DNA of 62,694 nucleotides from Pseudobdellovibrionaceae bacterium (GTDB lineage Bacteria; Bdellovibrionota; Bdellovibrionia; Bdellovibrionales; UBA1609). The notes under the pieces are model-generated. The model worked only from the letters and a program-made list of their open reading frames with translations, was not told the origin of the DNA and made no database searches. How positions within the stretch are numbered: position 1 is the first letter of the stretch; every line of letters starts with the position of its first letter. Shown piece after piece: positions 40,537 through 52,551 of this stretch. The position numbers and the translations under genes are program-made. The stretch is taken from positions 1 to 62,694 of the forward strand of contig JAUVAX010000011.1 in the NCBI GenBank assembly GCA_030591685.1, written 5' to 3'.

Positions 40537-41953
40537 TTTTGAGGGCATAAAAATACTCTGACAGGGCGGGGTACATGCCAAACTTGAGGTGCGTCCTTGG
40601 TAAAAACAAGACAAAACCTCGAGACAGCCTGAGGTGGTTCTTTTTTGGGCGCCTGATATCAAGATTAAATTTAAAAAAAAGCTCAGCGCTGATATTTAAC
40701 TTCTTTAGCAAGGTTGAAATTTTAATTGCTTTTTTAAGTCGTAGGCGGGCGACGTCTGAAGGGGCTGGGCGATGCTCTAAGGGTTGATTTAAAAACTCAA
40801 CACGGTATTTTTGCGCATGGAGGGCCGCTAAAAAACAAGCGTAAAAGTTTTTAGAAGCAAAGCCAAAGCCGTGCGTGTTAGCCCTGTTAATAAGACCAGC
40901 GACAGTCTTAACACGATGATGCTTTAAAGCCCGTCTCGTGTTGCCAATCCCGTTGTTATAAGAGGTAATGGCTAGCCCCCAGCTTTTAAGAAGTCTGCGG
41001 TCTCGCTTTAAATGTTTTGCCGCCATGGTCGTGGCTTTAAAAGGAGACATTCGCTCATCTATAGACCGAGTCATTTTTAATTTATTTTGAGCTGTTTTGG
41101 GCATAATTTGCCATATGCCCGCGGCACCGACCTTGCTAAAGGCGTTTATATCAAAGCTGCTTTCTACAAAAGGGATACGGGTGAGTTCGTGGGGCAAGCC
41201 TAAGCGTTTAAATTCGTTTTCCATAAATGGGAGAAAGTCATTAGAGCGCCTAAGGGCTGCCTGAAAAAAATCCTTTTGCCCCCTTTGCATTCGGACACGC
41301 TTTACTGAGAACCGGAGTCGGGATTTTATGGACCCCTTAAGGGGGCTCAGGGCACTTAAAAGTTGCTCCTCATAGGCAGTGAGTTTTTTAAAACTCTTTT
41401 TTCTAGAAAGGCGGCGAAGGGTCTTTAAAAGCACAAATTTCTTTTTTCGCAAGAGCCGTCTGATTTTATGATACTTCGTCCACTTATGCAGATTAGAATT
41501 TTGAATATTATGAGTGGTTACAATGTCAAAAATAACCCAAGGGTATTTACTATGGTGAAACACATAGGTGTCCGAATCGTATTTAGTGTAGAAATCGAAC
41601 CAAAAGGAGGTTCTTTTTACTAAATCAACGGGGACCCTAAATTGAGGTGATATTTTCTTAAAAACATCACTTAAGACCTCATTTTTTGTTAAAGCCTCTT
41701 TGTGTGAGCAGGGTTTTGCTTTAGAGGCCTGGTCTTTAAGCTGAAGTGGCGTGGGGTTGTCGAGTTGTGATTGACACTGAAGGCTCAGCGGGAGAGGGAC
41801 CTCTGAGCTTGTTTTTGAGTTAATAAGTAAAGTGGCAATTATAGCAAAACAAAATGGCGGGACTATAATCATGCCAATTCTAACCTCGCTGCGGCTGAAT
41901 AAGGAAAGATCTCTAAATTTTAAGGCCCTCATGGAGCGGATTAAATTTTTCAT
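40505..41953 (-). CDS. Lytic transglycosylase (SLT/MltD-like)
   Basis: PFVESSF (catalytic Glu), AAGIWQIMP, ITSYNNG; N-terminal TM; possible degenerate C-terminal LysM; start uncertain. Confidence 0.92.
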   Translation of the reverse strand: MKNLIRSMRALKFRDLSLFSRSEVRIGMIIVPPFCFAIIATLLINSKTSSEVPLPLSLQCQSQLDNPTPLQLKDQASKAKPCSHKEALTKNEVLSDVFKKISPQFRVPVDLVKRTSFWFDFYTKYDSDTYVFHHSKYPWVIFDIVTTHNIQNSNLHKWTKYHKIRRLLRKKKFVLLKTLRRLSRKKSFKKLTAYEEQLLSALSPLKGSIKSRLRFSVKRVRMQRGQKDFFQAALRRSNDFLPFMENEFKRLGLPHELTRIPFVESSFDINAFSKVGAAGIWQIMPKTAQNKLKMTRSIDERMSPFKATTMAAKHLKRDRRLLKSWGLAITSYNNGIGNTRRALKHHRVKTVAGLINRANTHGFGFASKNFYACFLAALHAQKYRVEFLNQPLEHRPAPSDVARLRLKKAIKISTLLKKLNISAELFFKFNLDIRRPKKNHLRLSRGFVLFLPRTHLKFGMYPALSEYFYALKTKGQVEPSKG

Positions 41954-41967
41954 GCACTTATGTTTAA

Positions 41968-41983
41968 AGCAAAATAAATGCCG
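41968..41983 (-). promoter_or_regulatory. Sigma54 (-24/-12) promoter candidate
   Basis: Minus strand CGGCATTTATTTTGCT: GG-N10-GC with GGCA and TTGC. Confidence 0.6.
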
Positions 41984-42109
41984 CAGAATGGGGGCTGTAA
42001 CCTGTTGAAATCACTTTACGAGGGCCCAGATACAGTGTAATTTTTATTAGTAGGGCCATTTATTGCAAAGGTAGGCGAGCAAAGAGAGCCGCCTTAAAAA
42101 AGGGTTATT

Positions 42110-43582
42110 GTGGACGGTGAACTAAATTTTTTTGAAGCCAAATACACCGCTGTAGTTAGTGACCTCCATCTTTGTGAAGAAGAGCCGATTAACCATAAAC
42201 ACCCCCTTTGGAAAAAATATAAAACGCGGCAATACTTTTTTGATGATTTGTTTTTTGAATTTGTAAGGCACCTTAATAATAAATCGTGTGGCGAGACAGT
42301 AGAGTTAGTTCTTAATGGAGATATTTTTGATTTCGATTCGGTCACTCAAAAGCCTGAGTCCCCCCCTTACAGAGTTTCTTGGTTTGAAAAAAAAACAGGA
42401 TTAAAACCTCAAGAGGAAAAATCAGTCTTTAAGATCAAAAAAATTTTAAACAACCATTCTGTGTGGGTTGAGGCTTTAAGCTGGTTTATAAATCAAGGCC
42501 ACCGAGTCGTGTTTATAATTGGGAACCATGATCTAGAGCTGCACTGGCAAGCGGTTCAAAAACAGATACTAGAAGAGTTAAAGTTAACAAAAGGCCAAAA
42601 ACAGCAGGTTCGATTTAACGAATGGTTTTATATTAGCAACAAGGACACCCTAATTGAGCACGGCAATCAATATGACCCCTATTGTTTGGCCGAGGACCCT
42701 GTAAATCCCTATATTTTAAGATTTAATCAAATTGAGGTGAAGGTTCCTTTTGGTAACCTCGCCACTCGTTACTTGATCAACAGAATGGGGTTTTTTAACC
42801 CGCACGTAGACGATAATTTTATTATGTCAGCAAAAGAGTATGCACAGTTTTTTTTAAAATATGTAGTCAGAGCTCAGCCGCAACTTCTTTTTACATGGCT
42901 TTTTTGGTCAACAGTGGTTTTGTTTCAATCGTTTTTTGATCGTTTACGGCCGTCGTTTAAAAACCCTTTAAACGTCGAAGAGCGAATAGAGAAAATTGCA
43001 GTAAAGGCAAACGCAAGCCCGCGTATGGTGCGAGAGCTAAGGGAGTTGTTTGTAGCTCCGGCGTCGAGTTATCCGTTAATAATTGCTAGAGAGTTGTGGC
43101 TGGACCGTGCTTTTTTAATTATGTTGGCTTTTGGGATTTTCTCGCAAGCTTTTTTATTTATTAACAACATGTATACAATTTCATACGCTTGGGTTTTGAT
43201 CCCGTTTTTATTGTTTTTACCCTTTTTTATGTTTTACTCAAAATCGGTACGATCAGATGTGCATGAATATAAAGAGCCTCGCGAAAAGGTGTTAACAATT
43301 GCAAGTATGATCTGTGGTGTGAGTCGAATCATATATGGACACACTCATGATATAAAACACGAGCTCATTGGCCCCATTGAGCATTTAAATTCAGGGACGT
43401 GGTCCCCGGCTTTTCTGGACGTTGAGTGCGAAAAGGCCATTGATGATAAGACCTTTATTTGGATCGAACCGGACGACCCGGGCCCTGGACGAAAGGCACA
43501 AGTCCTACATTTTATCGACGGTGGGGAGCAAAAGGCTTTCATTAAAAATAAAAAAATTCACACACAGGTGGAGCCAGCCTAA
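42110..43582 (+). CDS. Calcineurin-like metallophosphoesterase with internal TM hairpin
   Basis: SDLH, GDIFD, GNHD, EHG, GHTH, NSGTW; two hydrophobic helices near aa 335-375. Confidence 0.88.
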   Translation: MDGELNFFEAKYTAVVSDLHLCEEEPINHKHPLWKKYKTRQYFFDDLFFEFVRHLNNKSCGETVELVLNGDIFDFDSVTQKPESPPYRVSWFEKKTGLKPQEEKSVFKIKKILNNHSVWVEALSWFINQGHRVVFIIGNHDLELHWQAVQKQILEELKLTKGQKQQVRFNEWFYISNKDTLIEHGNQYDPYCLAEDPVNPYILRFNQIEVKVPFGNLATRYLINRMGFFNPHVDDNFIMSAKEYAQFFLKYVVRAQPQLLFTWLFWSTVVLFQSFFDRLRPSFKNPLNVEERIEKIAVKANASPRMVRELRELFVAPASSYPLIIARELWLDRAFLIMLAFGIFSQAFLFINNMYTISYAWVLIPFLLFLPFFMFYSKSVRSDVHEYKEPREKVLTIASMICGVSRIIYGHTHDIKHELIGPIEHLNSGTWSPAFLDVECEKAIDDKTFIWIEPDDPGPGRKAQVLHFIDGGEQKAFIKNKKIHTQVEPA

Positions 43583-43615
43583 GTATTAACGCGCAGCAAA
43601 AAGCAAAGCTCAACT

Positions 43616-43660
43616 TCAATCATTTAATGATTGAGCTTTTAACCTCATTAGAACTATGCT
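43616..43660 (+). promoter_or_regulatory. Palindromic site overlapping a sigma70-like promoter of the histone gene
   Basis: TCAATCATT-T-AATGATTGA (43616-43634); TTGAGC-N18-TATGCT. Confidence 0.5.
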
Positions 43661-43705
43661 TTAAATATATCTGACAGATAGAAACTTATAATTATTGGAG
43701 GGCCC

Positions 43706-43900
43706 ATGGCTGAAGTATTAGTTGTAACAAGTAAAATAAAAAAAATGATTAAAGAGCAGGGGGACTGCAATACTTCTGGCGAGACCATCCAGGTTTTATC
43801 TGACGCTGTAGCGGCCCTTTGTAAGCGCGGCATTGAAAATGCAAGAGCTGACGGCCGTAAAACAGTGATGGCTCGAGACGTTAACTTTGATCATTTATAA
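43706..43900 (+). CDS. Bacterial histone, Bd0055/HBb-type
   Basis: 64 aa MAEVLVVTSKIKKMIK...NTS.ET..VLS...A.ADGRKTVMARD; RKTxxxRD histone-fold motif; GGAGG RBS; closely resembles Bd0055 as recalled. Confidence 0.95.
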   Translation: MAEVLVVTSKIKKMIKEQGDCNTSGETIQVLSDAVAALCKRGIENARADGRKTVMARDVNFDHL

Positions 43901-43909
43901 GCAATATTT

Positions 43910-46237
<2,328 letters not shown>

Positions 46238-46436
46238 TTAAGCCCGATTATCTCAAACAAAAAAGCCATTGATGTAATAAATACTAACAAGCCTACTTAT
46301 AGCATAAAGAAAAGAGAAGCGGGGGCGGTGTGACGCGGCGAGAAACAGCCATTTGTCCCCCATAAGATTGCTTATCCTTAAGGCTTAGATTAAATCTCTA
46401 GGCAGTTTTAAGTTTTATTTTGAGGAGCCTTTTTTA

Positions 46437-46712
46437 ATGGGTATAGATATAAAAAAAACCGCACGCCTCTCGGCGATTGAACTGTCAAAAGAGCAGGAGC
46501 AGTTATTTGCCGCTCAGCTGCCAAATATTTTAAATCACTTTAAAAAAATATCAGTGATTAACACAGAAGGCGTGGAGCCATTAATTACCCCTATTGAAAT
46601 AAAACATATTTTGCGCAAAGACGAAGCTGAAACCTGGGAAAACCCAGAAACGGCAGTGAGTAATGCAGCTGAAAAAAGCGGAAACTTATTTAAAGTTCCG
46701 CCAGTTGTTTGA
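46437..46712 (+). CDS. gatC: Asp/Glu-tRNA amidotransferase subunit C
   Basis: TEGVEPL, LRKD, NA.....FKVPPVV; upstream of gatA. Confidence 0.93.
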   Translation: MGIDIKKTARLSAIELSKEQEQLFAAQLPNILNHFKKISVINTEGVEPLITPIEIKHILRKDEAETWENPETAVSNAAEKSGNLFKVPPVV

Positions 46713-46719
46713 GGGCACA

Positions 46720-48192
46720 ATGGAAATACTAAAAAAATCATTAACACAATTAAAAGTTCACATTTCAAAAGGCGAAATTTCTTGCGAGGCCGTGACCTCT
46801 CAGTTTTTACAGCAAACAAAAAAATTAAACCCCGGGATAAATGCGTTTATCACAATAAATGATGGGGCTTTAGAAAAGGCTCACGAGTTAGACCGGAGAC
46901 ATAAAAAAGGCGAAACACTTGGTGAGCTTTCAGGCTTACCCATTGCAATTAAAGATTTAATTTGTACCCGCGGTCTAAAGACAACAGCGGCCTCTAAGGC
47001 CCTGAGTAATTTTATCCCGCCCTACTCAAGCACTGTTTTTAGAAAGCTTGACGAGGCGGATGCTATTAATATTGGCAAAACGAACTTAGATGAGTTTGCA
47101 ATGGGCTCAAGCAATGAAACTAGTTTTTATGGTCCGTGTAAAAACCCATGGAACAAAGACTATGTACCGGGGGGATCTAGTGGAGGATCCGCAGCGGCCG
47201 TTGCTGGTTTTATGGCTCCAGCCTCAGTGGGGACAGATACTGGTGGTTCTATCCGGCAGCCGGCGAGTTTTTGCGGGGTTGTGGGGTTAAAGCCGACATA
47301 CGGTCGGGTGAGTCGTTACGGGATTGTTGCCTTTGCTTCGTCTTTAGACCAAGCCGGACCGATCACTAAAAACGTAAAAGATGCAGCCCTTTTAGCAAAG
47401 GTTCTTTGCGGTCGTGACAAAATGGACTCTACGACGAGTTACAACGAAGTACCGAACTGGCTAGAAGGTTTAAACTCAGACATGTCAAAGGTGGTCATTG
47501 GACTCCCTAAAGAATACTTTAACTCGGACATGATAGATAATGACGTCAGGAGCCGAATCAACGAAACCATAGTGCTTTTAAAATCAAAGGGCGCTCGATT
47601 TAAAGACGTAAGCTTGCCGTCGCTTTCGACTTCAATATCTGTTTATTATTTAATTTGTACAAGCGAAGCCTCGTCGAACCTTTCGCGGTATGATGGTGTA
47701 CGGTATGGGCATCGGGCTAATTTTTCAAAAAGAAAAGCCGAGAACATACTTGAGTTTTACTCTAGAACTCGTGGCGAGGCTTTTGGCGAAGAGGTCAAGA
47801 GGCGGATCATTACAGGAACCTTTGCTCTTTCGAGCGGGTACTATGAGGCTTACTACTTAAAAGCTTGTCGTGTACGCCGGGTACTGCAAGACGAATACGT
47901 AAAGGCACTCAGTGAGTGCGATGTTTTGCTCTCGCCAGTGGTATCTAGCACGGCTTTTAAGTTAGGGGTTAAAGACGAAAACCCATTAAATACATACAAT
48001 AACGATCTTTTCACGACGGCAGCGAATTTAGTGGGCGCCCCTGCGCTGAGCGTGCCCATAGGGTTTGGCGAAAATAAAATGCCCATTGGCGTGCAGTTAA
48101 TGGGAAGGGCCTATGATGAACAAAGTATACTTAATGTTGGCCAGGCCATTGAAGAGGGGCTCAAAATAAAGGAGCACGCAAATGTTGTATAA
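46720..48192 (+). CDS. gatA: Asp/Glu-tRNA amidotransferase subunit A
   Basis: [45 protein letters not shown] 46720 after gatC. Confidence 0.98.
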   Translation: MEILKKSLTQLKVHISKGEISCEAVTSQFLQQTKKLNPGINAFITINDGALEKAHELDRRHKKGETLGELSGLPIAIKDLICTRGLKTTAASKALSNFIPPYSSTVFRKLDEADAINIGKTNLDEFAMGSSNETSFYGPCKNPWNKDYVPGGSSGGSAAAVAGFMAPASVGTDTGGSIRQPASFCGVVGLKPTYGRVSRYGIVAFASSLDQAGPITKNVKDAALLAKVLCGRDKMDSTTSYNEVPNWLEGLNSDMSKVVIGLPKEYFNSDMIDNDVRSRINETIVLLKSKGARFKDVSLPSLSTSISVYYLICTSEASSNLSRYDGVRYGHRANFSKRKAENILEFYSRTRGEAFGEEVKRRIITGTFALSSGYYEAYYLKACRVRRVLQDEYVKALSECDVLLSPVVSSTAFKLGVKDENPLNTYNNDLFTTAANLVGAPALSVPIGFGENKMPIGVQLMGRAYDEQSILNVGQAIEEGLKIKEHANVV

Positions 48193-49618
48193 TGACTGGG
48201 AAATGGTCTGTGGCCTAGAGATACATGCTCAACTTAACACGAGCTCAAAAATATTTAGTCCGGAGAGCGCTCTTTTTGGTGGCGCCGACAATCAAAATGT
48301 TCATCCTATAACTTTAGGTATGCCAGGATGCTTGCCGCTATTAAACGAAAAAGCCGTTGAGCTAGCCATTAAAACGGGGTTGGCCCTGGGCTGTGAAATT
48401 AATGAAGTTTCACGGTTTGCGCGTAAAAATTATTTTTATCCGGACTCGCCAAAGGGTTATCAAATCTCACAGTTTGAGCAGCCCATTTGTGGCCCCGGTG
48501 AAATTGAGTTTCAAGTAGAAGACTATATAAAGAAAGTCAGAATAGAGCGGGCTCACATGGAGGAGGACGCAGGTAAATCCTCACACCTCGGGGACTCAAC
48601 GTTGATTAATTTAAATCGTGTTGGAGTGCCCTTGCTTGAGATTGTGTCTCAGCCAGATATTAGCTCGCCCTCTGAGGCGGCAGAGTATGCCCGAACTATT
48701 CGACAAATATTACGCTATATAGGCGTGTGCGATGGAAACCTTGAAGAGGGGTCCATGCGCTGTGATTGTAATGTGAGTATTCGAAAAAAAGGGGACAAAA
48801 AACTAGGAACTCGCACAGAGATTAAAAACGTAAACTCTTTTAGGTTTGTACAAAAATCAATAGAGTATGAGGTGCAAAGGCAAATTGACCTTGTGGAGTC
48901 GGGGGGGCAGGTGGTTCAAGAAACGCGCCTTTGGGATTCATCCGCAAACAAAACAGTGTCTATGCGCGCCAAAGAAGACGCCAATGATTACCGGTATTTT
49001 CCTGACCCGGACTTGTTGCCTTTGGTTGTTGCCCCAGAAACCATTGAGCACATAAAAAAACAAATACCCGAGCTGCCAAGGCCAAGGGCTGAAAGATTTC
49101 AAAACGAATTTTTATTAACTCAAAAAGAGGCTGTGAGCTTAACTCAAGAAAGGGCACAGGCTGATTATTTTGAAGCGGTCGTTCAAAACGGAGCCAGCCC
49201 TAAAGCGGCAAGCAGCTGGATTATGACAGAGCTTTTAAGAGAGCTCAACGCTGCTGAGCTTGAATTTGAAGCTATAAAGCTTAGGCCTGAAAACTTAGCA
49301 AAACTTATTAAGCTTGTTGAAAAGGGCACTCTTTCAAGAAATAGTGCAAAAAAAGTTTTTCAAGTACTTTGGTCTGAAAACAAAGACCCTGAGGTGGTGG
49401 TGGAACAACTGGGGCTTGTGCAAATAACAGACTCATCAGCTATTGAAAAGGTGATCAATGAGGTGATTAATAATAACCCCAAGCAGGCAGAGCAGTACCG
49501 GTCTGGAAAGTTAAAGGTGTTTGGTTTTTTTGTTGGTCAAGTTATGAAGGCTACAAATGGTCAAGCCAGCCCGGAGGTTGTGAACTCATTGTTAAAAACG
49601 AAGCTTGGTGCAAAGTGA
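48182..49618 (+). CDS. gatB: Asp/Glu-tRNA amidotransferase subunit B
   Basis: GLEIHAQL, RKNYFYPD, EEDAGK, GSMRCD.N, YRYFPDPDL. Confidence 0.99.
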   Translation: MLYNDWEMVCGLEIHAQLNTSSKIFSPESALFGGADNQNVHPITLGMPGCLPLLNEKAVELAIKTGLALGCEINEVSRFARKNYFYPDSPKGYQISQFEQPICGPGEIEFQVEDYIKKVRIERAHMEEDAGKSSHLGDSTLINLNRVGVPLLEIVSQPDISSPSEAAEYARTIRQILRYIGVCDGNLEEGSMRCDCNVSIRKKGDKKLGTRTEIKNVNSFRFVQKSIEYEVQRQIDLVESGGQVVQETRLWDSSANKTVSMRAKEDANDYRYFPDPDLLPLVVAPETIEHIKKQIPELPRPRAERFQNEFLLTQKEAVSLTQERAQADYFEAVVQNGASPKAASSWIMTELLRELNAAELEFEAIKLRPENLAKLIKLVEKGTLSRNSAKKVFQVLWSENKDPEVVVEQLGLVQITDSSAIEKVINEVINNNPKQAEQYRSGKLKVFGFFVGQVMKATNGQASPEVVNSLLKTKLGAK

Positions 49619-50508
49619 GAGTCGCCGCTTTGGACCTGGGGTCGAATAGTTTTTTACTAATGATTTGTGATGTTAAAGAGAGTGGTCTGACGGTTTTGCA
49701 TGACGAGAGCGTTATTACAAGGCTTGGTCAGGGGGTTCATGAGTCTCGAGGGTTTCACCCAGACGCCCTAATAAGGGCAGAAGAAGCCTTTAAGGGGTTT
49801 TCAAAAACCATAGCACGCTTTAATGTTGAAAAAACAACAGCGGTTTCAACAAGTGCCGCGAGGGACGTTAAAAATGGCGGAGACCTTATAAGTTTAGGCG
49901 AAAAGTACAAAATACCAATCCGTATTATTGAGGGGCAAAAAGAGGCCGAACTCACCTTTTTAGGTGCAACTTACGATTTGGAGAGCTTACCAGGCCTTGG
50001 CGTTGTTGATGTGGGCGGAGGTTCTACAGAAATTATATCTAAAGATAAAGACAATCAGATTGTTGGTTTTAGTTTAGACATTGGCAGCGTGAGGCTAACA
50101 GAGCAGTTTATTACAAAACACCCGGTTTCAGATAAAGAGTTGTTGGCGGTGCAAACCCATGTAAAGGCTCAGCTTCAGGCTATTAGTCCAAAGTTACCTA
50201 AAAAAATAAACCACCTTGTCGCCACAGCAGGGACGCCAACGACGCTGGCCTGTCTTATTAATAATGAGCCTTTTAGTTTAAAGATTCATGGTCAGGTTTT
50301 GCCCTTATCCGTTATTGAGACTTGGCTTGAAAGGTTATCTCAAATGTCAGTAAAAGAGCGCGAAGGGCTAATAGGCATGCCAAAGGGACGAGCGGATGTT
50401 ATTGTTGCTGGAATGATTATTTTAATTGAAACACTCAGGTACTATAAAAAAGGCGAACTCACGGTTTCAACAAAAGGTGTCCGGTATGGCGTGGCTTTTG
50501 AGGCTTAA
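49615..50508 (+). CDS. ppx: Ppx/GppA exopolyphosphatase (short form)
   Basis: DLGSNS, TSAARD..N, DVGGGSTE, GSVRLTE, RADVI.AG, GVRYG. Confidence 0.92.
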   Translation: MRVAALDLGSNSFLLMICDVKESGLTVLHDESVITRLGQGVHESRGFHPDALIRAEEAFKGFSKTIARFNVEKTTAVSTSAARDVKNGGDLISLGEKYKIPIRIIEGQKEAELTFLGATYDLESLPGLGVVDVGGGSTEIISKDKDNQIVGFSLDIGSVRLTEQFITKHPVSDKELLAVQTHVKAQLQAISPKLPKKINHLVATAGTPTTLACLINNEPFSLKIHGQVLPLSVIETWLERLSQMSVKEREGLIGMPKGRADVIVAGMIILIETLRYYKKGELTVSTKGVRYGVAFEA

Positions 50509-50944
50509 ACAAAGAAGGGCTTTAGCGGTACTGCTGCTGCTACTATTACCGCTGTCGTTACCTGCCGAGGTTTTTTTAAAGAAAAAAATAAAAATAAAAA
50601 ACAAAGTACTTACGGTAGAGGTTGCTGATACCTCACGCCTTCGGCAAAAGGGGCTTATGTTTCGCAAATCATTAAAGCTCAATCATGGAATGCTGTTTGT
50701 TTTTGAGGGATCTTTAATAAGAACCTTTTGGATGAAAAACACATTCATGCCCCTGAGCATAGGTTTTTTTGATAAAAAAAGACGACTCCTTGAGGTTCGG
50801 CAGATGCGCCCCGCAAGTCTAGTACAAAAATCCCCATCACTTTTTCGGAGCAAAAAACCAGCCCGGTATGCGCTAGAGATGACCTTAGGCTGGTTTAAAA
50901 AAAACTCTATACCCGTTGGAAGCCGGTTTTTTTATGTAAAATAA
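50486..50944 (+). CDS. DUF192 family exported protein
   Basis: VEVADT...GLMFR, GMLFVF, FWMKNT..PL.I.F, YALE; start uncertain. Confidence 0.9.
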   Translation: MAWLLRLKQRRALAVLLLLLLPLSLPAEVFLKKKIKIKNKVLTVEVADTSRLRQKGLMFRKSLKLNHGMLFVFEGSLIRTFWMKNTFMPLSIGFFDKKRRLLEVRQMRPASLVQKSPSLFRSKKPARYALEMTLGWFKKNSIPVGSRFFYVK

Positions 50945-51073
50945 TGAGAGGCACTTTGGTCTAGTTTAGTAATCCTATGACTTTTGGTGAGTTCTGGTTT
51001 TTGCGTATATAAAATTAGAAGTATATATGTTGTAATATTCTCTAGGTCTATAGCAACTTAAGAGGATGCGTCT

Positions 51074-52468
51074 ATGATAAAACGATTAATACTTACATTT
51101 ACTATTGTTGGGTCACTGTTTATGGTGGCGTGTTCTTCAGACGACACAGACGGCGCAAAGGGAACAGATCAAGCGCCTTATGAGACGAATGAGTTTGAAG
51201 ATGATGAGTTTGAACAAGAAGATTTAGTGGAATCTGACGATGAAGATTCGGATCAGGTGGCGTATCAAGAGCCTGGTGATGACAGCGAATTTGAAGATGA
51301 CGATGAGGCTGAAGGCGAAGAGCCCGGTGAGAGTGCCGAACCTAAGGAGCAGGCGGCGTATGTTGAGGGCCAAGACTATGGCAGCGACGACGAGGAATCC
51401 TCTGAAGAAGATGCAGAAGAGGAAGAGGTCGCTTCGACTGACGAAGAGGAAGAGGGCGATGACGACTACGGCGACGATGAAGACGCAGAAGAGGTTGCCG
51501 AGAACGACGAACCCCAAGAGGTCAGCGAGCCTGAGGCTGTAGAAGAGCCACAACAGGTTGCTGATGCTGATAATGATGGGTTTGACTCTTTTAGTGAAGA
51601 GGTTGCTGAAAAGACCATTATACCGTTAAATAAGATGCTCGCGAAGCCTTACTCAAAAAAGGGTGTTCTTATAAACACCATATATATTGCTAGGGCAGGG
51701 GATGATTTAAACTCAATTGCTCAAAAAATATATGGTTCTGACAGAAGTTCTGAATTGTTAGAGGCGAGTCCATGGTTGAGCAATGGCATCCATGTTGGGA
51801 CGAAAGTCTATTACAGCTCACCAAAAAGACCTAATGATAGCGAAAGAATTCTTACTTACTACGAAGACCAGGGTCTTTCGCCAGAGGTTTATTACTCTAA
51901 GCCGGGCGATAACATTAGGGCTGTTTCAAAAACTCTTTTAGGTCACCACAAAAGTTGGAAAGAAATATGGGCGACCAATATGGACATAGAGTCCAAGGGC
52001 GAACTGGCTGAAGGAACTCAGCTAAGATACTGGGCCAGCTCTGGGGCGGCTCCAGCGATTGCAAGTATTGACGAGGCCCCTTCTGCGAGTGATTTAAATG
52101 CGCCTCCTCCAGCTCCAGAAGAGATTCCGGCACCTGAAGAGATTTCTCCTCCGGTTGAAGTAGCGGCCAATGAGCTGCCACCAGAAAACCCAATGGTCGC
52201 TGAAGACCCCTCTCAAGATCCACTCCCCACGGGGGATGAGACAGAGCTCGCGCCTCCTCCGGCAGCAAGTATTGAGCCACCGCCGCCACCTCCAAGCATG
52301 GATGTTGAGCCGGCAGAAGTTGGTGAGGCCGGGGCCGAGGACGACACTATGATGATGATACTTGCCGCAGTAGTACTAATTTGCGGAGCCCTACTCTTTA
52401 TACTAAAAAAGAAAAAGGGTCGTCAGGATATGGATTTTAATACAAGTACTCATACGCAAATAGAGTAA
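51074..52468 (+). CDS. LysM lipoprotein with acidic and Pro-rich linkers and C-terminal TM anchor
   Basis: Lipobox MVAC; D/E tract; two LysM-like units (GDDLNSIAQKIYG; GDNIRAVSKTLLG...W..IW..N); MMMILAAVVLICGALLFIL-KKKK. Confidence 0.85.
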   Translation: MIKRLILTFTIVGSLFMVACSSDDTDGAKGTDQAPYETNEFEDDEFEQEDLVESDDEDSDQVAYQEPGDDSEFEDDDEAEGEEPGESAEPKEQAAYVEGQDYGSDDEESSEEDAEEEEVASTDEEEEGDDDYGDDEDAEEVAENDEPQEVSEPEAVEEPQQVADADNDGFDSFSEEVAEKTIIPLNKMLAKPYSKKGVLINTIYIARAGDDLNSIAQKIYGSDRSSELLEASPWLSNGIHVGTKVYYSSPKRPNDSERILTYYEDQGLSPEVYYSKPGDNIRAVSKTLLGHHKSWKEIWATNMDIESKGELAEGTQLRYWASSGAAPAIASIDEAPSASDLNAPPPAPEEIPAPEEISPPVEVAANELPPENPMVAEDPSQDPLPTGDETELAPPPAASIEPPPPPPSMDVEPAEVGEAGAEDDTMMMILAAVVLICGALLFILKKKKGRQDMDFNTSTHTQIE

Positions 52469-52490
52469 GTCCACCGCTGGTGGTTGGAAA

Positions 52491-52527
52491 CAAAAAAAGC
52501 GCCTAGTTTAAGGGCGCTTTTTTTTTG
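52491..52527. terminator. Bidirectional intrinsic terminator
   Basis: AAAAAAAGCGCC-N9-GGCGCTTTTTTTTT between convergent genes. Confidence 0.9.
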
Positions 52528-52551
52528 CGTTAAAGAAACTAAAAATAACTG

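Noticed and set aside
48407..48420. parS-like half site GTTTCACG
   Set aside because: Second half of the palindrome is absent; lies inside gatB
51180..51600. GC-richer repetitive stretch with overlapping ORFs
   Set aside because: Explained by GAN codons of the Asp/Glu tract; not a CRISPR array or mobile element
52222..52236. LPTG sortase-like motif in the LysM protein
   Set aside because: Not LPxTG, about 40 aa from the TM, and the host is a diderm with no sortase in view
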